Positions 9,251-23,608 of a stretch of 64,000 nucleotides of DNA are shown piece by piece. A program made the position numbers and the translations under genes. Positions within the stretch are counted from its first letter, which is position 1; each line of letters opens with the position of its first letter. Source of the stretch: an uncultured Nitrospiraceae bacterium (GTDB lineage Bacteria > Nitrospirota > Thermodesulfovibrionia > Thermodesulfovibrionales > SM23-35); contig CAVSHB010000001.1 of assembly GCA_963727775.1 (NCBI GenBank), positions 448,001 through 512,000 on the forward strand. Reading direction: 5' to 3'. The notes under the pieces are model-generated. The model saw only the letters and a program-made list of their open reading frames with translations. It was not told where the DNA came from and did no database searches.

Positions 9251-10810
9251 ATGAAATGTTACAATAATTTCATGTTCAATAAATCATGTAGTAATCTACT
9301 TGTAAGAGGGGTTAACTGGATTGGTGACAGTGTAATGACACTCCCTGCGTTAAGGGCGCTGAGGAAAGGATTGCCCGGAACAAAAATCTCTCTCTTGGTA
9401 AAACAGTGGGTGTATCCTGTTTTTGAAAATAGTCCGCATATCGATGAACTCATTATTTACAATGAAAAGCATAAAGGCATAATCGGCAAAATAAGACTTT
9501 CAAGGCTGCTGCATCAAAAAAAATTCTGCAGCGCAATTTTGCTGCAAAATGCATTTGACGCAGCCCTGCTTGCGTTCTTTGCCGGCATAAAAGAAAGGAT
9601 CGGGTATGACAGGGACGGCAGGGGTTTTCTTTTGACATCTGCGGTCCCCGTGCCGCAGTACGAAAAAAAAACGCATCAAATTCATTACTATTTAAACCTT
9701 CTCGATCAGATAGGGATTAAAACAGACTATTCGTTGCCTTACATATATCTCACTTTAGATGAGCGAATGAATGCGAGAAAGTTGCTGAAGGACATGAAAC
9801 GGCCGATCCTGGGCATTAACCCCGGCGCGACATACGGTTCGGCAAAGAGATGGTTCCCCGATAGGTTTGCAGAGGTCGCAAACTGGTTTATAAAAGACAC
9901 CCACGGAAGTGTTGTAATATTCGGTGGGAAGAACGAGACGGATATAGCTCAGGAAATAGATAAATACATACTTCAGGACAAACTCTTGCTCGCGGGCAAT
10001 ACGTCACTCAGGGAGCTTATCTCCCTCATCTCAGAATGCGATGCCTTTATTACCAACGATTCAGGTCCCCTGCATATTGCGTATGCGGTGAGGACACCTC
10101 TGGTAGCAATCTTCGGCTCCACTGACCACGTGCTTACAGGCCCTCCCCACGGAACAGACGGAGATGGAAATGTAGTGGTGACTTCAAACCTTTCCTGCAG
10201 TCCCTGTTTTGAACGCACCTGCCAAAGCGAAGATATGATGTGCATGCATGCGATAACATCAGACGATGTTTATTTAGGGATAAAGAAGATACTGCCTGAT
10301 AAGCCTGCTGTGTTTTTTGACCGGGACGGGACGTTGTGCAAAGATAAAGGCTATATAAACGACATGAATGACTTGCAGATTTTTACGGGGGTTGATAGCA
10401 TTGATCTTCTTAAAAAAGCAGGGTTCAAGCTTATCGGTATTACCAACCAATCCGGCATTGCAAGGGGCATTGTTGATGAAAGTTTTGTAACAAAGGTGAA
10501 CGCTCTGTTTATAAAGGAGTACGGGTTTGATGATTTTTATTACTGTCCCCATCACCCCGATGACCGCTGCTCATGCAGAAAACCTGAGCCGGAGTTGCTT
10601 CTCAGGGCGAGGATGAAGCACAAGATCGACCTGAAGAGATCATATATAGTGGGAGATAAGGAAGCGGATATGCTGCTCGCAAAGATGGTCGGCGCAACAG
10701 GGATCCTTGTATTGACGGGAGAGGCTAAAGAATCCGGGCATGCCGCTTTTATAGCAAAAGAACTCAGGGATGCGGTAAACATCATAATCAGGCACAGTAA
10801 ATCAAAGTGA
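9251..10810 (+). CDS. waaF: LPS heptosyltransferase II fused to D,D-heptose-1,7-bisphosphate phosphatase (WaaF-GmhB fusion)
   Basis: GT9 motifs NWIGDSVM, NPGATYGSAKRW, NDSGPLH; C-terminal HAD motifs FFDRDGTL, TNQSG, CPHHP..CSCRKP, GDK. Confidence 0.9.
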   Translation: MKCYNNFMFNKSCSNLLVRGVNWIGDSVMTLPALRALRKGLPGTKISLLVKQWVYPVFENSPHIDELIIYNEKHKGIIGKIRLSRLLHQKKFCSAILLQNAFDAALLAFFAGIKERIGYDRDGRGFLLTSAVPVPQYEKKTHQIHYYLNLLDQIGIKTDYSLPYIYLTLDERMNARKLLKDMKRPILGINPGATYGSAKRWFPDRFAEVANWFIKDTHGSVVIFGGKNETDIAQEIDKYILQDKLLLAGNTSLRELISLISECDAFITNDSGPLHIAYAVRTPLVAIFGSTDHVLTGPPHGTDGDGNVVVTSNLSCSPCFERTCQSEDMMCMHAITSDDVYLGIKKILPDKPAVFFDRDGTLCKDKGYINDMNDLQIFTGVDSIDLLKKAGFKLIGITNQSGIARGIVDESFVTKVNALFIKEYGFDDFYYCPHHPDDRCSCRKPEPELLLRARMKHKIDLKRSYIVGDKEADMLLAKMVGATGILVLTGEAKESGHAAFIAKELRDAVNIIIRHSKSK

Positions 10811-11826
10811 AACACATCACCCCCTCTGCAAACATACAAAAGATTCTTATTGTCAAACCGAGTTCTTTGGGCGACATTGTCCATAGCCTGCCTTTTCTGA
10901 ATGCAATAAAGACTGAATTTCGAAATGCCCGGATACACTGGGTTATCGCGAAGGGTTTCAAAGGACTACTTGAAGGCCATCCGATGATCGATAAACTCTG
11001 GCCCATAAATAAGGATGAATGGAAGAAAATTAAAGGTGTGAAGGGCACGATAAACGAGCTCAAGAATCTGTTTGGAAGTTTGAAAAAGGAAAAATTTGAC
11101 TTAGTCATTGACCTGCAGGGGCTCCTGAGAAGCGGCATCATTACGGCGGCCACTTGTGCGCCTGTAAGGATCGGCTTTAAAGAAGCAAGAGAGGGAAGCC
11201 GGCTTTTTTATACGCACAGGGTTGAAGGCGGGAAGAATATTCATGCTGTTGACAGATATTTGAAAATAGCCGCTTTTCTGGGATGTGATATAACAGATGT
11301 TGTTTTCCCTTTGCCGATTCCCAATTATCCCTCGGCCCACGGGCAGGTTTCCGACTTCAAAGATTATGCGGTCATGGTCCCCGGCGCGAGATGGGAGACA
11401 AAAAGATGGCCTCCGGGGAGTTTCGGGAGACTCGCTTCGCTCTTGCCTTTGAATACGGTCATAATAGGAAGCGGCAGTGATGAAGGCATAGCAGATGAAA
11501 TTGTTTCTTTGTCGGACGGCAAAGCGCTCTCTCTGGCAGGGAAGACAAGCCTGAAGGACCTGACAGAAATAATAAGAGGAGCAAGGTATATCGTAAGCAA
11601 TGACTCCGGCCCGATGCATATTGCCGCGGCCCTCGGTGTCCGCGTCTTTACCGTCTTCGGGCCGACGGACCCATTAAGAACAGGTCCCTACGGAAAAGGA
11701 CACAGCATAATTAAAGCAAATATCTCATGCGCGCCGTGTTTCAAAAAGGCATGCGATGACGTAAAATGTATGAATAGTATATCTGCGGAAAAGGTTTACG
11801 AACTGATTAAGATCAGCCTTGTTTAG
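10807..11826 (+). CDS. GT9 LPS heptosyltransferase (WaaC-like)
   Basis: [32 protein letters not shown]. Confidence 0.85.
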   Translation: MKHITPSANIQKILIVKPSSLGDIVHSLPFLNAIKTEFRNARIHWVIAKGFKGLLEGHPMIDKLWPINKDEWKKIKGVKGTINELKNLFGSLKKEKFDLVIDLQGLLRSGIITAATCAPVRIGFKEAREGSRLFYTHRVEGGKNIHAVDRYLKIAAFLGCDITDVVFPLPIPNYPSAHGQVSDFKDYAVMVPGARWETKRWPPGSFGRLASLLPLNTVIIGSGSDEGIADEIVSLSDGKALSLAGKTSLKDLTEIIRGARYIVSNDSGPMHIAAALGVRVFTVFGPTDPLRTGPYGKGHSIIKANISCAPCFKKACDDVKCMNSISAEKVYELIKISLV

Positions 11827-12301
11827 TGCCTTCGCGGGCTATCGCTATCTTTCCGGTTCTTACAAATTCCTTAATACCCATGGGCTTAAGAAGCTCTATA
11901 ATCGCTTCTATTTTCTTTTCATCGCCTGTAATTTCTATGGTGTACGTCCTCTGGCTTGAATCCACAATCCTTCCCCTGAATATCTCAGCGAGCCTGAGGA
12001 CCTCTGCCTTGTCTTCGTGTTTGGGCGCCACCTTTATCAGGACCATCTCTCTCTCGACATGATCAAGCTCTGTCATGTCGACTACTTTTATAATGTCGAT
12101 GAGTTTGTTCAGCTGCTTTGTAATTTGCTCTATTATCTGGTCATCCCCGGTCGTAACGATGGTCATGACCGACATCTGAGGGTCTATGGTTTCTCCCACA
12201 GAGAGGCTCTCTATGTTGTATCCCCTTCCGCTGAAGAGGCTGGCAACCCTTGAAAGCACCCCGAATTTGTTTTCAACCAGAAGTGAGATTGTATGACGCA
12301 T
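11813..12301 (-). CDS. ilvN: Acetolactate synthase small subunit
   Basis: [33 protein letters not shown]. Confidence 0.95.
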   Translation of the reverse strand: MRHTISLLVENKFGVLSRVASLFSGRGYNIESLSVGETIDPQMSVMTIVTTGDDQIIEQITKQLNKLIDIIKVVDMTELDHVEREMVLIKVAPKHEDKAEVLRLAEIFRGRIVDSSQRTYTIEITGDEKKIEAIIELLKPMGIKEFVRTGKIAIAREGTKQG

Positions 12302-14035
12302 TTATTTCACCGCCTTCAACTTCTTTTCAGACTTATCTTTCTGTTCATCAAACAACATGTGATCTATCGGCGCGCCTGCGGGGACCATCGGGAAAACTTT
12401 CTCTTTCCAGTCAACAACAAAGTCCATAAAAACGGTCTTTTTTATTTTGAAAGCCTCCTTTAATACAGGCTCGACCTCACTCGGTTTTGTGGCCCTTAAC
12501 CCGACCGCGCCATATGCCTCTGCAATCTTGACGAAATCCGGGACACTCTCATCGAGCTTTGTATGAGAGTATCTCTCACTGAAGAACAGTTCCTGCCACT
12601 GCCTTACCATGCCCAGGTATCTGTTGTTCAGTATGGCCACCTTTACCGGCAGCTTATTGATGACCGCTGTCGCAAGCTCCTGGATATTCATCTGAATACT
12701 TCCATCACCTGCTATGTCGATCACAAGCTTATTAGGATGCGCAAGTTGAGCGCCGATCGCAGCAGGAAAGCCGTAACCCATTGTGCCGAGTCCTCCTGAG
12801 GTCAATAACATCCTGGGTTTATCGAACTTGTAGAACTGTGCAGTCCACATCTGATTTTGTCCGACTTCGGTTGAGATGATAGCGTCCCCTTTTGTCAGTT
12901 CATAAATCTTCTCAACGACAAACTGTGGCTTTATTATTTCATCGCTGGGGAAATATGTCATCGGTCTTTCTTTTTTCCATGTGTCTATCTGCTTCAACCA
13001 TGCCTTGCGGACCTCTTCCCACTGCTCTTTGACATCTTCCTTCAGGACTTTATTTAATACTGCAAGAACTCTCTTTACATCCCCCACTATCGGCGTATCT
13101 ACACGGACATTTTTCCTTATCGAAGTCGGATCGATGTCAATCTGGATAATCTTTGCCTGGGGCGCAAAGGCCTCGATTTTGCCCGTTACCCTGTCATCAA
13201 ACCGCATGCCTATTGCAATCAGCAGGTCGGATTCCTGTATGGCCTTGTTTGCATAGTAAGTGCCGTGCATCCCGGGCATGCCGAGAGAAAGCTTATGTGT
13301 TCCGGGGAAAGCCCCGAGTCCCATCAAAGTCATAGTCACGGGAATATCTGAAAACTCCGCAAGTTCTTTGAGTTCCCTGGCCCCACCGGAAAGTATCACC
13401 CCGCCGCCTGCGATAATGACCGCCCTTTTTGATTTTGAGATCAGATTGGCTGCCTGTGTTATCATCCACTTATTGCCTTCATATGTGGGGTTATAGCTTC
13501 TTATTTTTACCTCAGGCCATTCAAATTCAGCTTTTGCCGACGTCACATCTTTTGGAAGGTCGATAAGCACAGGACCCGGACGGCCGGACGATGCGATAAA
13601 AAACGCCTCTCTTACAATCTTTGACAGGTCTTTTACATCCTTTGCCAGAAAATTGTATTTGGTGCACGGCCTTGAAATGCCCACGATGTCGGCTTCCTGA
13701 AATGCGTCATTGCCTATCAGCATAGTCGGCACCTGCCCGGAAAATACGACGATCGGTATCGAATCCATAGCCGCGGTAGCAATCCCCGTAACGGTATTTG
13801 TAGCTCCGGGACCTGAAGTCACCAGCACGACCCCGGGTTTCCCTGTAGACCTCGCATAACCGTCTGCCGCATGAACGGCGCCCTGCTCATGCCTTGTGAG
13901 GATCAGCTGTATGTCCTTATCGTCATAAAGCAGATCAAAGATATTGAGGACAACACCCCCGGGATATCCGAAAATATGTTTTACCCCTTCCCTTTTCAAA
14001 CTTTCGATGAATATTTCGGCTCCCGACATTTTCAT
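12302..14035 (-). CDS. ilvB: Acetolactate synthase large subunit
   Basis: [20 protein letters not shown] and [15 protein letters not shown]-binding motif. Confidence 0.95.
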   Translation of the reverse strand: MKMSGAEIFIESLKREGVKHIFGYPGGVVLNIFDLLYDDKDIQLILTRHEQGAVHAADGYARSTGKPGVVLVTSGPGATNTVTGIATAAMDSIPIVVFSGQVPTMLIGNDAFQEADIVGISRPCTKYNFLAKDVKDLSKIVREAFFIASSGRPGPVLIDLPKDVTSAKAEFEWPEVKIRSYNPTYEGNKWMITQAANLISKSKRAVIIAGGGVILSGGARELKELAEFSDIPVTMTLMGLGAFPGTHKLSLGMPGMHGTYYANKAIQESDLLIAIGMRFDDRVTGKIEAFAPQAKIIQIDIDPTSIRKNVRVDTPIVGDVKRVLAVLNKVLKEDVKEQWEEVRKAWLKQIDTWKKERPMTYFPSDEIIKPQFVVEKIYELTKGDAIISTEVGQNQMWTAQFYKFDKPRMLLTSGGLGTMGYGFPAAIGAQLAHPNKLVIDIAGDGSIQMNIQELATAVINKLPVKVAILNNRYLGMVRQWQELFFSERYSHTKLDESVPDFVKIAEAYGAVGLRATKPSEVEPVLKEAFKIKKTVFMDFVVDWKEKVFPMVPAGAPIDHMLFDEQKDKSEKKLKAVK

Positions 14036-14465
14036 AAGCTCTTATTACCTCGTTAAAAAATTATATAATTTTACCACAAAACGGAACGAAGATGTAAAAT
14101 CAAAAGAGATAAAATTTATTATCATATCTGATACCTTGTAATCATCGGTTCACTGCGTTCTCAGCAGGTTTTTTTACTTGCTGCAGATAGGCGCCTATTT
14201 ATATCGTAACCCCAGTTGGGTTTGATATTTAACCTTCATAATGTTTTCATGTTTCCTTCGCAATTTCTTCATTTTTTTCTATATTCTAAAAATAAGAAAA
14301 AAACCTTCATTCTTTTTAGCAGCCGGTACTCTCCTACTGGCTGCTCACCTCCAAATAAGCCTAACCCTTCTGCATTTGTTGGAATGGGACTTGGTTTCGT
14401 GTATCATAAATAATGTAATAGGGTCGTCATTAATAAGGACAAATGCGTAGGGAAGGGGAATAAAT

Positions 14466-16130
14466 ATGGAACGCGAAGTTATAGAATTCGAGGTTATCTT
14501 TGTCGGCGGCGGGCCTGCCAATTTAAGCAGTGCAATTCATCTGACGAATCTCGTCCGAAAATATAATGAAGATATCGAAAACGGGGAACAGCAAGGCGAG
14601 AAAATCGATATCGAAGACAAAATTGCCGTTCTCGAAAAAGGCGCGTATTTCGGCGCGCATAACATTTCCGGGGCGGTGCTCATCCCTGATGTGCTTTCGG
14701 AACTATTGCCTGACCATAAGCAGCTTGGCTGCCCCATTGACGCAGAGGTGAACAAGGAATCGATTTACTTTTTGACCAAAAGGGGGCAAGTCAAGGTCCC
14801 TTTCACTCCGTCGTTCTTGAATAATCACGGCAATTATTTCCTTTCGCTCTCCAAATTTGTCGGTTGGCTTTCTAAGATAGCTGAACAGAACAAGGTGATG
14901 ATGCTTGAGGGAACCGCGGCAGTTGAAATTCTCTATGAGGGCGACAAAGTGATCGGTGTCCGAACGGACGACAAACGTCTTCAGGAGGATGGAGAATACG
15001 AGACCCCCGGTTATATCCTAAACTCAAAGGCTGTTGTGCTGGGAGAGGGGAGCAACGGTACTTTGCGCAAAAGCATCGTTGAAAAACTGCATCTTGATAA
15101 AGGCAGGGCACCTTCCATCTATGAACTCGGCGTGAAAGAGATATATGAACTGCAAAATAATCCTCTCCAAAAGGGCGAATGCATCCATACACTCGGGTAT
15201 CCTTTTCGGAAAGGGCTTTCCGGGGGCGGGTTTATATATTGTATTTCCGAAACCAGGGTTATCCTCGGGCTTATCGCTCAACTCAGTTCCGAAGACCCGC
15301 AGTTCGATCCGCACAAGGAACTTCAGAAATACAAACAGCATCCATTGATTTATGAGATCGTCAAAGACGGAAAGCCCACGCATTACGGCGCCCGGACTTT
15401 GCCCTGCGGCAGCTATTTTTCGATACCTAAGCTTACCTATGACGGAGTTATGATAACCGGCGACTCCGCGAACCTTGTCGATTCCCAGAAGCTAAAAGGA
15501 CTGCATACAGCCATAAAATCGGGAATGCTTGCGGCCGAAGTTCTCTTTGAAGCCTTCAAGATTAATGATTTCTCGGCAAACCAATTGGCAAAATATGAAG
15601 AGAAATTGAAAAACAGCTGGATATACTCCGATCTCAGGAAGGGCCGCAATTTCACTCCTGTAGTTGCCATGGGAGTTCCTTTTCCGGGCGGGCCGCTCCT
15701 CGGGTTCCAGATTCTTGCCGGCGGTGCAACACCGATAGGTGATCTGAAAACAAAACCCGATTACTCGACAACCGAAGATATGCAACATTTTTACGGCAGT
15801 AAATCACCCGAAGCATTGCTGAAGGCGGATGACAGAATTATTGTCGACAAGTTGACGGATGTTTATTTCTCCGGCACAGCACATGACGAAAAACAGAAAA
15901 GCCATATCCGGGTGATAGATGCAGCTGTATGCAAGAAATGTATTTCAGATTATAAAGCGCCCTGTACGGTGTTCTGCCCTGCCGCCGTCTATGAACTGGA
16001 AGATGATAAAATAAGAGTGAACTTCAGTAATTGCATGCACTGTAAAACCTGTGATTTGAAATGTCCTTTTCAGAATATTGTCTGGAACCTGCCGGAGGGT
16101 GGGGGTGGTCCGCGCTACAGCCTGCAGTAA
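14466..16130 (+). CDS. Electron transfer flavoprotein-quinone oxidoreductase
   Basis: VGGGPA FAD motif, KGLHTAIKSGMLAAE, C-terminal FCPAAVYE...NCMHCKTCDLKCP, PEGGGGPRY. Confidence 0.92.
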   Translation: MEREVIEFEVIFVGGGPANLSSAIHLTNLVRKYNEDIENGEQQGEKIDIEDKIAVLEKGAYFGAHNISGAVLIPDVLSELLPDHKQLGCPIDAEVNKESIYFLTKRGQVKVPFTPSFLNNHGNYFLSLSKFVGWLSKIAEQNKVMMLEGTAAVEILYEGDKVIGVRTDDKRLQEDGEYETPGYILNSKAVVLGEGSNGTLRKSIVEKLHLDKGRAPSIYELGVKEIYELQNNPLQKGECIHTLGYPFRKGLSGGGFIYCISETRVILGLIAQLSSEDPQFDPHKELQKYKQHPLIYEIVKDGKPTHYGARTLPCGSYFSIPKLTYDGVMITGDSANLVDSQKLKGLHTAIKSGMLAAEVLFEAFKINDFSANQLAKYEEKLKNSWIYSDLRKGRNFTPVVAMGVPFPGGPLLGFQILAGGATPIGDLKTKPDYSTTEDMQHFYGSKSPEALLKADDRIIVDKLTDVYFSGTAHDEKQKSHIRVIDAAVCKKCISDYKAPCTVFCPAAVYELEDDKIRVNFSNCMHCKTCDLKCPFQNIVWNLPEGGGGPRYSLQ

Positions 16131-16244
16131 GAGCACGCGTGAGTAATGTCTGTAAACTGGATTCCCGCCTGCGCGGGTATGACGTTCAAAGAACCAAAAA
16201 ATGAGGGAACTCCTGTCGACTTATGATTCCCGCCTTAGTAACAT

Positions 16245-18101
16245 GTGCTAAAATATTTACCGATGATTTCTGAACACCAGAATAAAGAACGGGAAACGCT
16301 CGAAACACTTAAGACCGTCTTCGGTTTTCAGAGTTTTCGTCCGAACCAGGAATTTATTATTCAAAGTGTCCTGGACAGACAGGATGTCTTTGCGGTAATG
16401 CCTACAGGCGGGGGAAAATCCCTCTGCTATCAGCTGCCGGCCAAGATGATGCAGGGCACGGCCGTTGTTATCAGCCCGCTGATTTCGCTGATGAAAGACC
16501 AGGTTGATGCCGCCCTGGAAAACGGCATATCGGCGGCTTTCATGAACAGCTCCCTTAACGCGCAGGAAATTGCCGATATATACCGCATGTTGAAATACAA
16601 CAAGATAAAACTGCTTTATATCGCGCCCGAGCGCTTTGCAATGTCGCATTTTCTTGAAACCCTGAAGACCGTTTCCATTTCACTCTTTGCCATAGATGAA
16701 GCCCACTGCGTTTCAGAATGGGGACATGATTTCAGGCCTGATTATCTAAGCCTTTCTGTTATTCCGAAGATATTCCCCGATGTTCCTATCGCGGCTTTTA
16801 CTGCAACAGCTACCCGCAGGGTCCAGGAAGATATCATCGGCAAGATCGGCCTGAGATCACCACAGATAGTCCGCGCTTCCTTTGACCGTCCGAACCTTTT
16901 TTATGAGGTAAAAAGAAAAGAGAAGACAGATTTGCAGATACTCGAATTTTTAGGCGGACATTCGGGAGAGCCGGGCATCATCTATCGTGCTACCCGTGAT
17001 TCCGTCATGGGCACGGCCGATTTCCTGGTATCGAAAGGAATTAAGGCGTTGCCCTACCACGCTGGTTTGACTGCGGATGAGCGGAACAATAATCAGGAAG
17101 CCTTCAACAAAGATGAGGCATCGGTGATCGTGGCGACTATTGCCTTCGGTATGGGAATCGATAAGTCCAATATACGCTTCATCATTCATGCGGACCTTCC
17201 GAAGAATATCGAAAGCTATTACCAGGAAACCGGACGTGCGGGACGCGACGGAGAGCCGGCCCATTGCATCCTTTTTTTCGGCAGGGGAGACATTCCGAAA
17301 ATCCGTTATTTCATAGACCAGATTACAGACGATCAGGAACGCTCTATCGCTATGGAGAAGTTGAACCAGACAGTAGGATTTGCTATACATAATGTATGCA
17401 GGCGCAGGCAGCTCTTAAGCTTCTTCGGAGAGGATTATCCTTCAGATAATTGCGGGGCCTGCGATATCTGCTCCGGCAGCGTCGAACAGATCGACATTAC
17501 AATGGATGCGCAGATAATAATGTCCGCCATGTCGAGGACACAGCAGAGGTTTGGGACAGGACATATTGTAGACATTGTGACAGGCGCTGATACCAAACGC
17601 GTCCGTGAGCTTCAGCACGACAAGATCAAGACTTACGGGGCCGGGAAGCAGAAAGACAAAAAGCACTGGCGGTTCATTGTAGACGAATTGCTCGCGCAGT
17701 GTCTTATCCGGCAGGACGGTGACCGGTATCCTGTCCTGAAGCTGACCCAGAAAGGTTCTGATGTGCTCTACGGCAATGATCAGGTTTCCGCATTGCAAAG
17801 AGAAGAGCCAAAGAAGAAACAGCCGATAAAGGGCAGTGAAGCGGACCGGTTCGATAAGGACCTTTTTGAGCGGCTTCGTACGTTGCGGAAAAATATGGCG
17901 GATGAGCAGCAGGTCCCACCCTATATTATTTTTTCGGATAAGACTTTGCATGAAATGTGCAGGCATTATCCGGTATCACTATCTGATATGATAAGAATCA
18001 GCGGTGTCGGGGATGTCAAGCTTGAACGGTATGGAATTTATTTTGTGCGGGAAATAGAAAAATATCTGAGTAAGGCCGGGCCACAACAACTGAAAGGGTA
18101 G
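16245..18101 (+). CDS. recQ: ATP-dependent DNA helicase RecQ
   Basis: MPTGGGKSLCYQ, DEAHC, QETGRAGRDG, RQC and HRDC regions. Confidence 0.95.
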   Translation: MLKYLPMISEHQNKERETLETLKTVFGFQSFRPNQEFIIQSVLDRQDVFAVMPTGGGKSLCYQLPAKMMQGTAVVISPLISLMKDQVDAALENGISAAFMNSSLNAQEIADIYRMLKYNKIKLLYIAPERFAMSHFLETLKTVSISLFAIDEAHCVSEWGHDFRPDYLSLSVIPKIFPDVPIAAFTATATRRVQEDIIGKIGLRSPQIVRASFDRPNLFYEVKRKEKTDLQILEFLGGHSGEPGIIYRATRDSVMGTADFLVSKGIKALPYHAGLTADERNNNQEAFNKDEASVIVATIAFGMGIDKSNIRFIIHADLPKNIESYYQETGRAGRDGEPAHCILFFGRGDIPKIRYFIDQITDDQERSIAMEKLNQTVGFAIHNVCRRRQLLSFFGEDYPSDNCGACDICSGSVEQIDITMDAQIIMSAMSRTQQRFGTGHIVDIVTGADTKRVRELQHDKIKTYGAGKQKDKKHWRFIVDELLAQCLIRQDGDRYPVLKLTQKGSDVLYGNDQVSALQREEPKKKQPIKGSEADRFDKDLFERLRTLRKNMADEQQVPPYIIFSDKTLHEMCRHYPVSLSDMIRISGVGDVKLERYGIYFVREIEKYLSKAGPQQLKG

Positions 18102-18105
18102 AGAC

Positions 18106-20639
<2,534 letters not shown>

Positions 20640-20921
20640 AGAATGCAAATTTTGTAAAACGACGGGTTTTGCGTACGAGGTTTTAGCTCTATATGCATTT
20701 GACTCCTCACAGAAGAAGAAACCCTCACGTTCATGGAATCTCGTGGCTCTGCATGTTACAAGCAGGAATACTCACAGCTAAATGCACAAAAGCAAGCCTG
20801 ACCCTGCAGCCGCTGAAGAACTATGATCTCTGGAGTTTTCCGATCTGCTCTTAAGGTTAATGTGTTTGCAGTTCTTTTCTCTCTTCAAATTAACTGCTGG
20901 CGACGAGCACAGACAAAGGAA

Positions 20922-22211
20922 TCAATGGTACAAGCTTCTCTTAAGTTTCTTGTTTTCATACATAGCCTTATCTGCTTTTGCCAGAAGTTCATCCACAGAA
21001 CACGGGGATTCAGGGTCGTAATAAGCAACACCAATGCTCATCGAAATCCTGTAGGCCAGACCTGTCTGTGAGTTATGCAGATCGATGTTTTTCTGCAATC
21101 GTGAAATGTTCATGTTGATATCGTCTCCGGCGGTTCCAATGGGAAAGACCACAAATTCATCTCCACCCATGCGGGCTATAATGTCGGAATTCCGGTAAGT
21201 CTCTCTCAAAATATCGGCGGCACTGACCAATATCTTGTCGCCTTCTTTATGGCCGAGTGTATCGTTGATATGCTTGAGACCGTCTATATCGGCATAGAGA
21301 AGGAAGAACTTCTGCCTGAGACGGTTTGACAGTTTGAGCTGATGTTCTGCCAATGCGACTAACCCTCTTCGGTTGTAAAGACCGGAAAGTTCGTCGGTAA
21401 GCGACAGGGTCCGCAATTCATCTTCCTTTTGTTTTCGCTGCTCGATTTCCTGTTTTGCGATTGAAAGTTCAATCTCAATTTCGGCTACCTTTTTCAAAAT
21501 GGCCAAAACCGGACGGTTTTCGATCGTAAGCCCCTTCTTATCGCTTTGCCAATGCAGATAGCCGTACAAAAAAGGCAGCGCAAAGACCGAGATGATCAAG
21601 CGACTGGCCAGAGTCCCCTGCATAATGCTGAGGTACGTGGACGTACCCACAAAGGCACCGGTTGCAAAAAGAATTACGTCCAGCCACATGACTCCCAGAA
21701 GAGTTAAAAAGGCACGAAGCCATAGCTGCATCTTCAGAAAAGGCTTACCCAGAAACTCCCATGCAATAGCTAAGAAAACAAGATCAAGCAAAGTTGCAAT
21801 CACTGAGGCAGTATTGATTCGCAGACTCGGCAGAGGCACATAATCCACTGAACTATTTCCTATAAAAGCAGCCTGAAGACGCAATGTCATTGCTATGAGT
21901 GGCACCATAATTGACACTCCTACAATAGTTGATATTGCAATTCGCGTGGCTCTTGGACCATCAAATACATAAACGACAAATACTCCCAACAGCAGGGAAG
22001 TATAAAAAACAGTCGACCCAACGACGAATGTAATTCCTGCCACTTGAATTTTCAATCCTGCATCGGTAACCCAGGACATTATGGCCGTAATCCCGCCGAT
22101 AAGTGCATAGAAATGAACAGGTCCGAAGCGGTGGCGCAGCGAGTGCGCCCAGAGGACCAGAAAGTAAATTACCATTGCCTCGACTATCAAAATAATAACT
22201 TCGGTACTCAT
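20922..22211 (-). CDS. Membrane diguanylate cyclase (multi-TM domain plus GGDEF)
   Basis: About 7 hydrophobic segments then DELSGLYNRR and ARMGGDEF; start placed at MSTEVII because the longer track ORF starts inside repeat copy 3. Confidence 0.88.
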   Translation of the reverse strand: MSTEVIILIVEAMVIYFLVLWAHSLRHRFGPVHFYALIGGITAIMSWVTDAGLKIQVAGITFVVGSTVFYTSLLLGVFVVYVFDGPRATRIAISTIVGVSIMVPLIAMTLRLQAAFIGNSSVDYVPLPSLRINTASVIATLLDLVFLAIAWEFLGKPFLKMQLWLRAFLTLLGVMWLDVILFATGAFVGTSTYLSIMQGTLASRLIISVFALPFLYGYLHWQSDKKGLTIENRPVLAILKKVAEIEIELSIAKQEIEQRKQKEDELRTLSLTDELSGLYNRRGLVALAEHQLKLSNRLRQKFFLLYADIDGLKHINDTLGHKEGDKILVSAADILRETYRNSDIIARMGGDEFVVFPIGTAGDDINMNISRLQKNIDLHNSQTGLAYRISMSIGVAYYDPESPCSVDELLAKADKAMYENKKLKRSLYH

Positions 22212-22317
22212 TCGTTGTTGGTCCTCGTCAGGCTTGCCATACTTTTTCTCGCCAGTTAGCTGTACGAGACCTTTGTGATGTTTGTACACAAACCAGCCTA
22301 TAGGCTGATCTGATAAG

Positions 22318-22459
22318 AATAAACTAAACCTCGCTTTGCTCGGCACGACACCACGGGGTATTAGACCCCGCGGGTCGGCAAGGGTCTGCGCTTCGCTCCG
22401 ACGCCCTGCACCCCGACGACGTAAGGTGCCCGCCGCAGAGACGGCGGGGTATGGAGATT
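22318..22459 (-). mobile_element. 142-bp element, copy 3 (reverse orientation)
   Basis: Reverse complement of the repeat; preceded on the minus strand by TTGATT. Confidence 0.9.
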
Positions 22460-22679
22460 AATCAATTATAATTATAATCTATATCTGCAATATTCAAAAG
22501 TTTGTACTCGTTGAGACCTGAGACGATCCAGGCATGGTCATTGATTGACTTCTGATTCAAGAAGAATGCTTTTGAGGACCGTGGACCAAATGGGTAACTA
22601 TTGTCCCCAAAGAATGGCTTTTGTCTGACGGTATTCACAAGGCTCGGGTTGATATTCCTATGGAAAAATACTAAGCTTT

Positions 22680-23510
22680 TTGTATTATTGGAATATGCGA
22701 AAATATCATCATATCATAGGAGGGCGCTCAAAGGTGAGAAGAAGGAAGGGCGGAGTAAAGTGGCACCGGTTGTTTGTGGTTATCATAGTAGTAGCGATGG
22801 CAATGGTTATGGGAGTGCTGGCAAAGGTCGATGCAGCGCCTGACATCGAGATGGTCTTTGTGAAGGGCGGGTGTTTTCAGATGGGGGACACCTTTGGGGA
22901 TGGGGGTAATGACGAAAAGCCAGTGCATGAGGTCTGCATTAATGACTTTTACATCGGGAGGTACGTAGTGACGCAAGGGCAGTGGCAGTCGGTAATGGTG
23001 AATAATCCATCAAAGTTTAAGGGTGACAGAAGGCCGGTGGAGAATGTGAGTTGGGATGATACGCAGCAGTTCATAGCTAAGCTTAATTTACAGGCAGGCA
23101 GGAGGTATAGATTACCGACCGAGGCAGAGTGGGAGTATACTGCGCGAAGCGGCGGCAAGAGAGAGGAATGGCCGGGGACGAGCAACCTGCAGGATCTTGG
23201 GGATTATGCATGGTATAGCAATAATTTGGGGGAGACGCATCCTGTGGGTGAGAAGAAGCCCAACGGGTTGGGGATCTATGACATGAGCGGAAATGTATGG
23301 GAGTGGTGCCAGGACTGGTATAACTACGTGTATTACAAGGAGAGTCCCCGTGATAATCCACAAGGGCCCGGGAGCGATACATTTCGGGTGCTGCGCGGCG
23401 GCTCTTGGGGCAATAATCATTTAACCGTGCGCGCCTCGGATCGCTACGGTGACACGCCATGGCACCGTGACAGCAGCATCGGCTTTCGGGTGGTACTTCC
23501 TGCCCAGTAG
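22680..23510 (+). CDS. Exported FGE-sulfatase/CLec-fold protein; probable DGR target gene
   Basis: TM/signal segment, GGCFQMGD, RLPTEAEWEY, NGLGIYDMSGNVWEW, C-terminal RVLRGGSW...IGFRVV; true start probably later than the track start. Confidence 0.88.
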   Translation: MYYWNMRKYHHIIGGRSKVRRRKGGVKWHRLFVVIIVVAMAMVMGVLAKVDAAPDIEMVFVKGGCFQMGDTFGDGGNDEKPVHEVCINDFYIGRYVVTQGQWQSVMVNNPSKFKGDRRPVENVSWDDTQQFIAKLNLQAGRRYRLPTEAEWEYTARSGGKREEWPGTSNLQDLGDYAWYSNNLGETHPVGEKKPNGLGIYDMSGNVWEWCQDWYNYVYYKESPRDNPQGPGSDTFRVLRGGSWGNNHLTVRASDRYGDTPWHRDSSIGFRVVLPAQ

Positions 23511-23590
23511 TTATTTTCTGAGTTCTGAAATTCTATTTTCTGGATTTCAGGGGTACAGGGGCGGTGCTCTGTCAGACGCAAATTTTTGAA
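23511..23590 (+). promoter_or_regulatory. DGR-type downstream cis element (TTCTG repeats plus GC-rich segment)
   Basis: TTCTGAGTTCTGAAATTCT...GGGGTACAGGGGCGGTGCTCTG...AATTTTTG directly after the target stop codon. Confidence 0.5.
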
Positions 23591-23608
23591 AAACGGGAAC
23601 TGGCTTAG

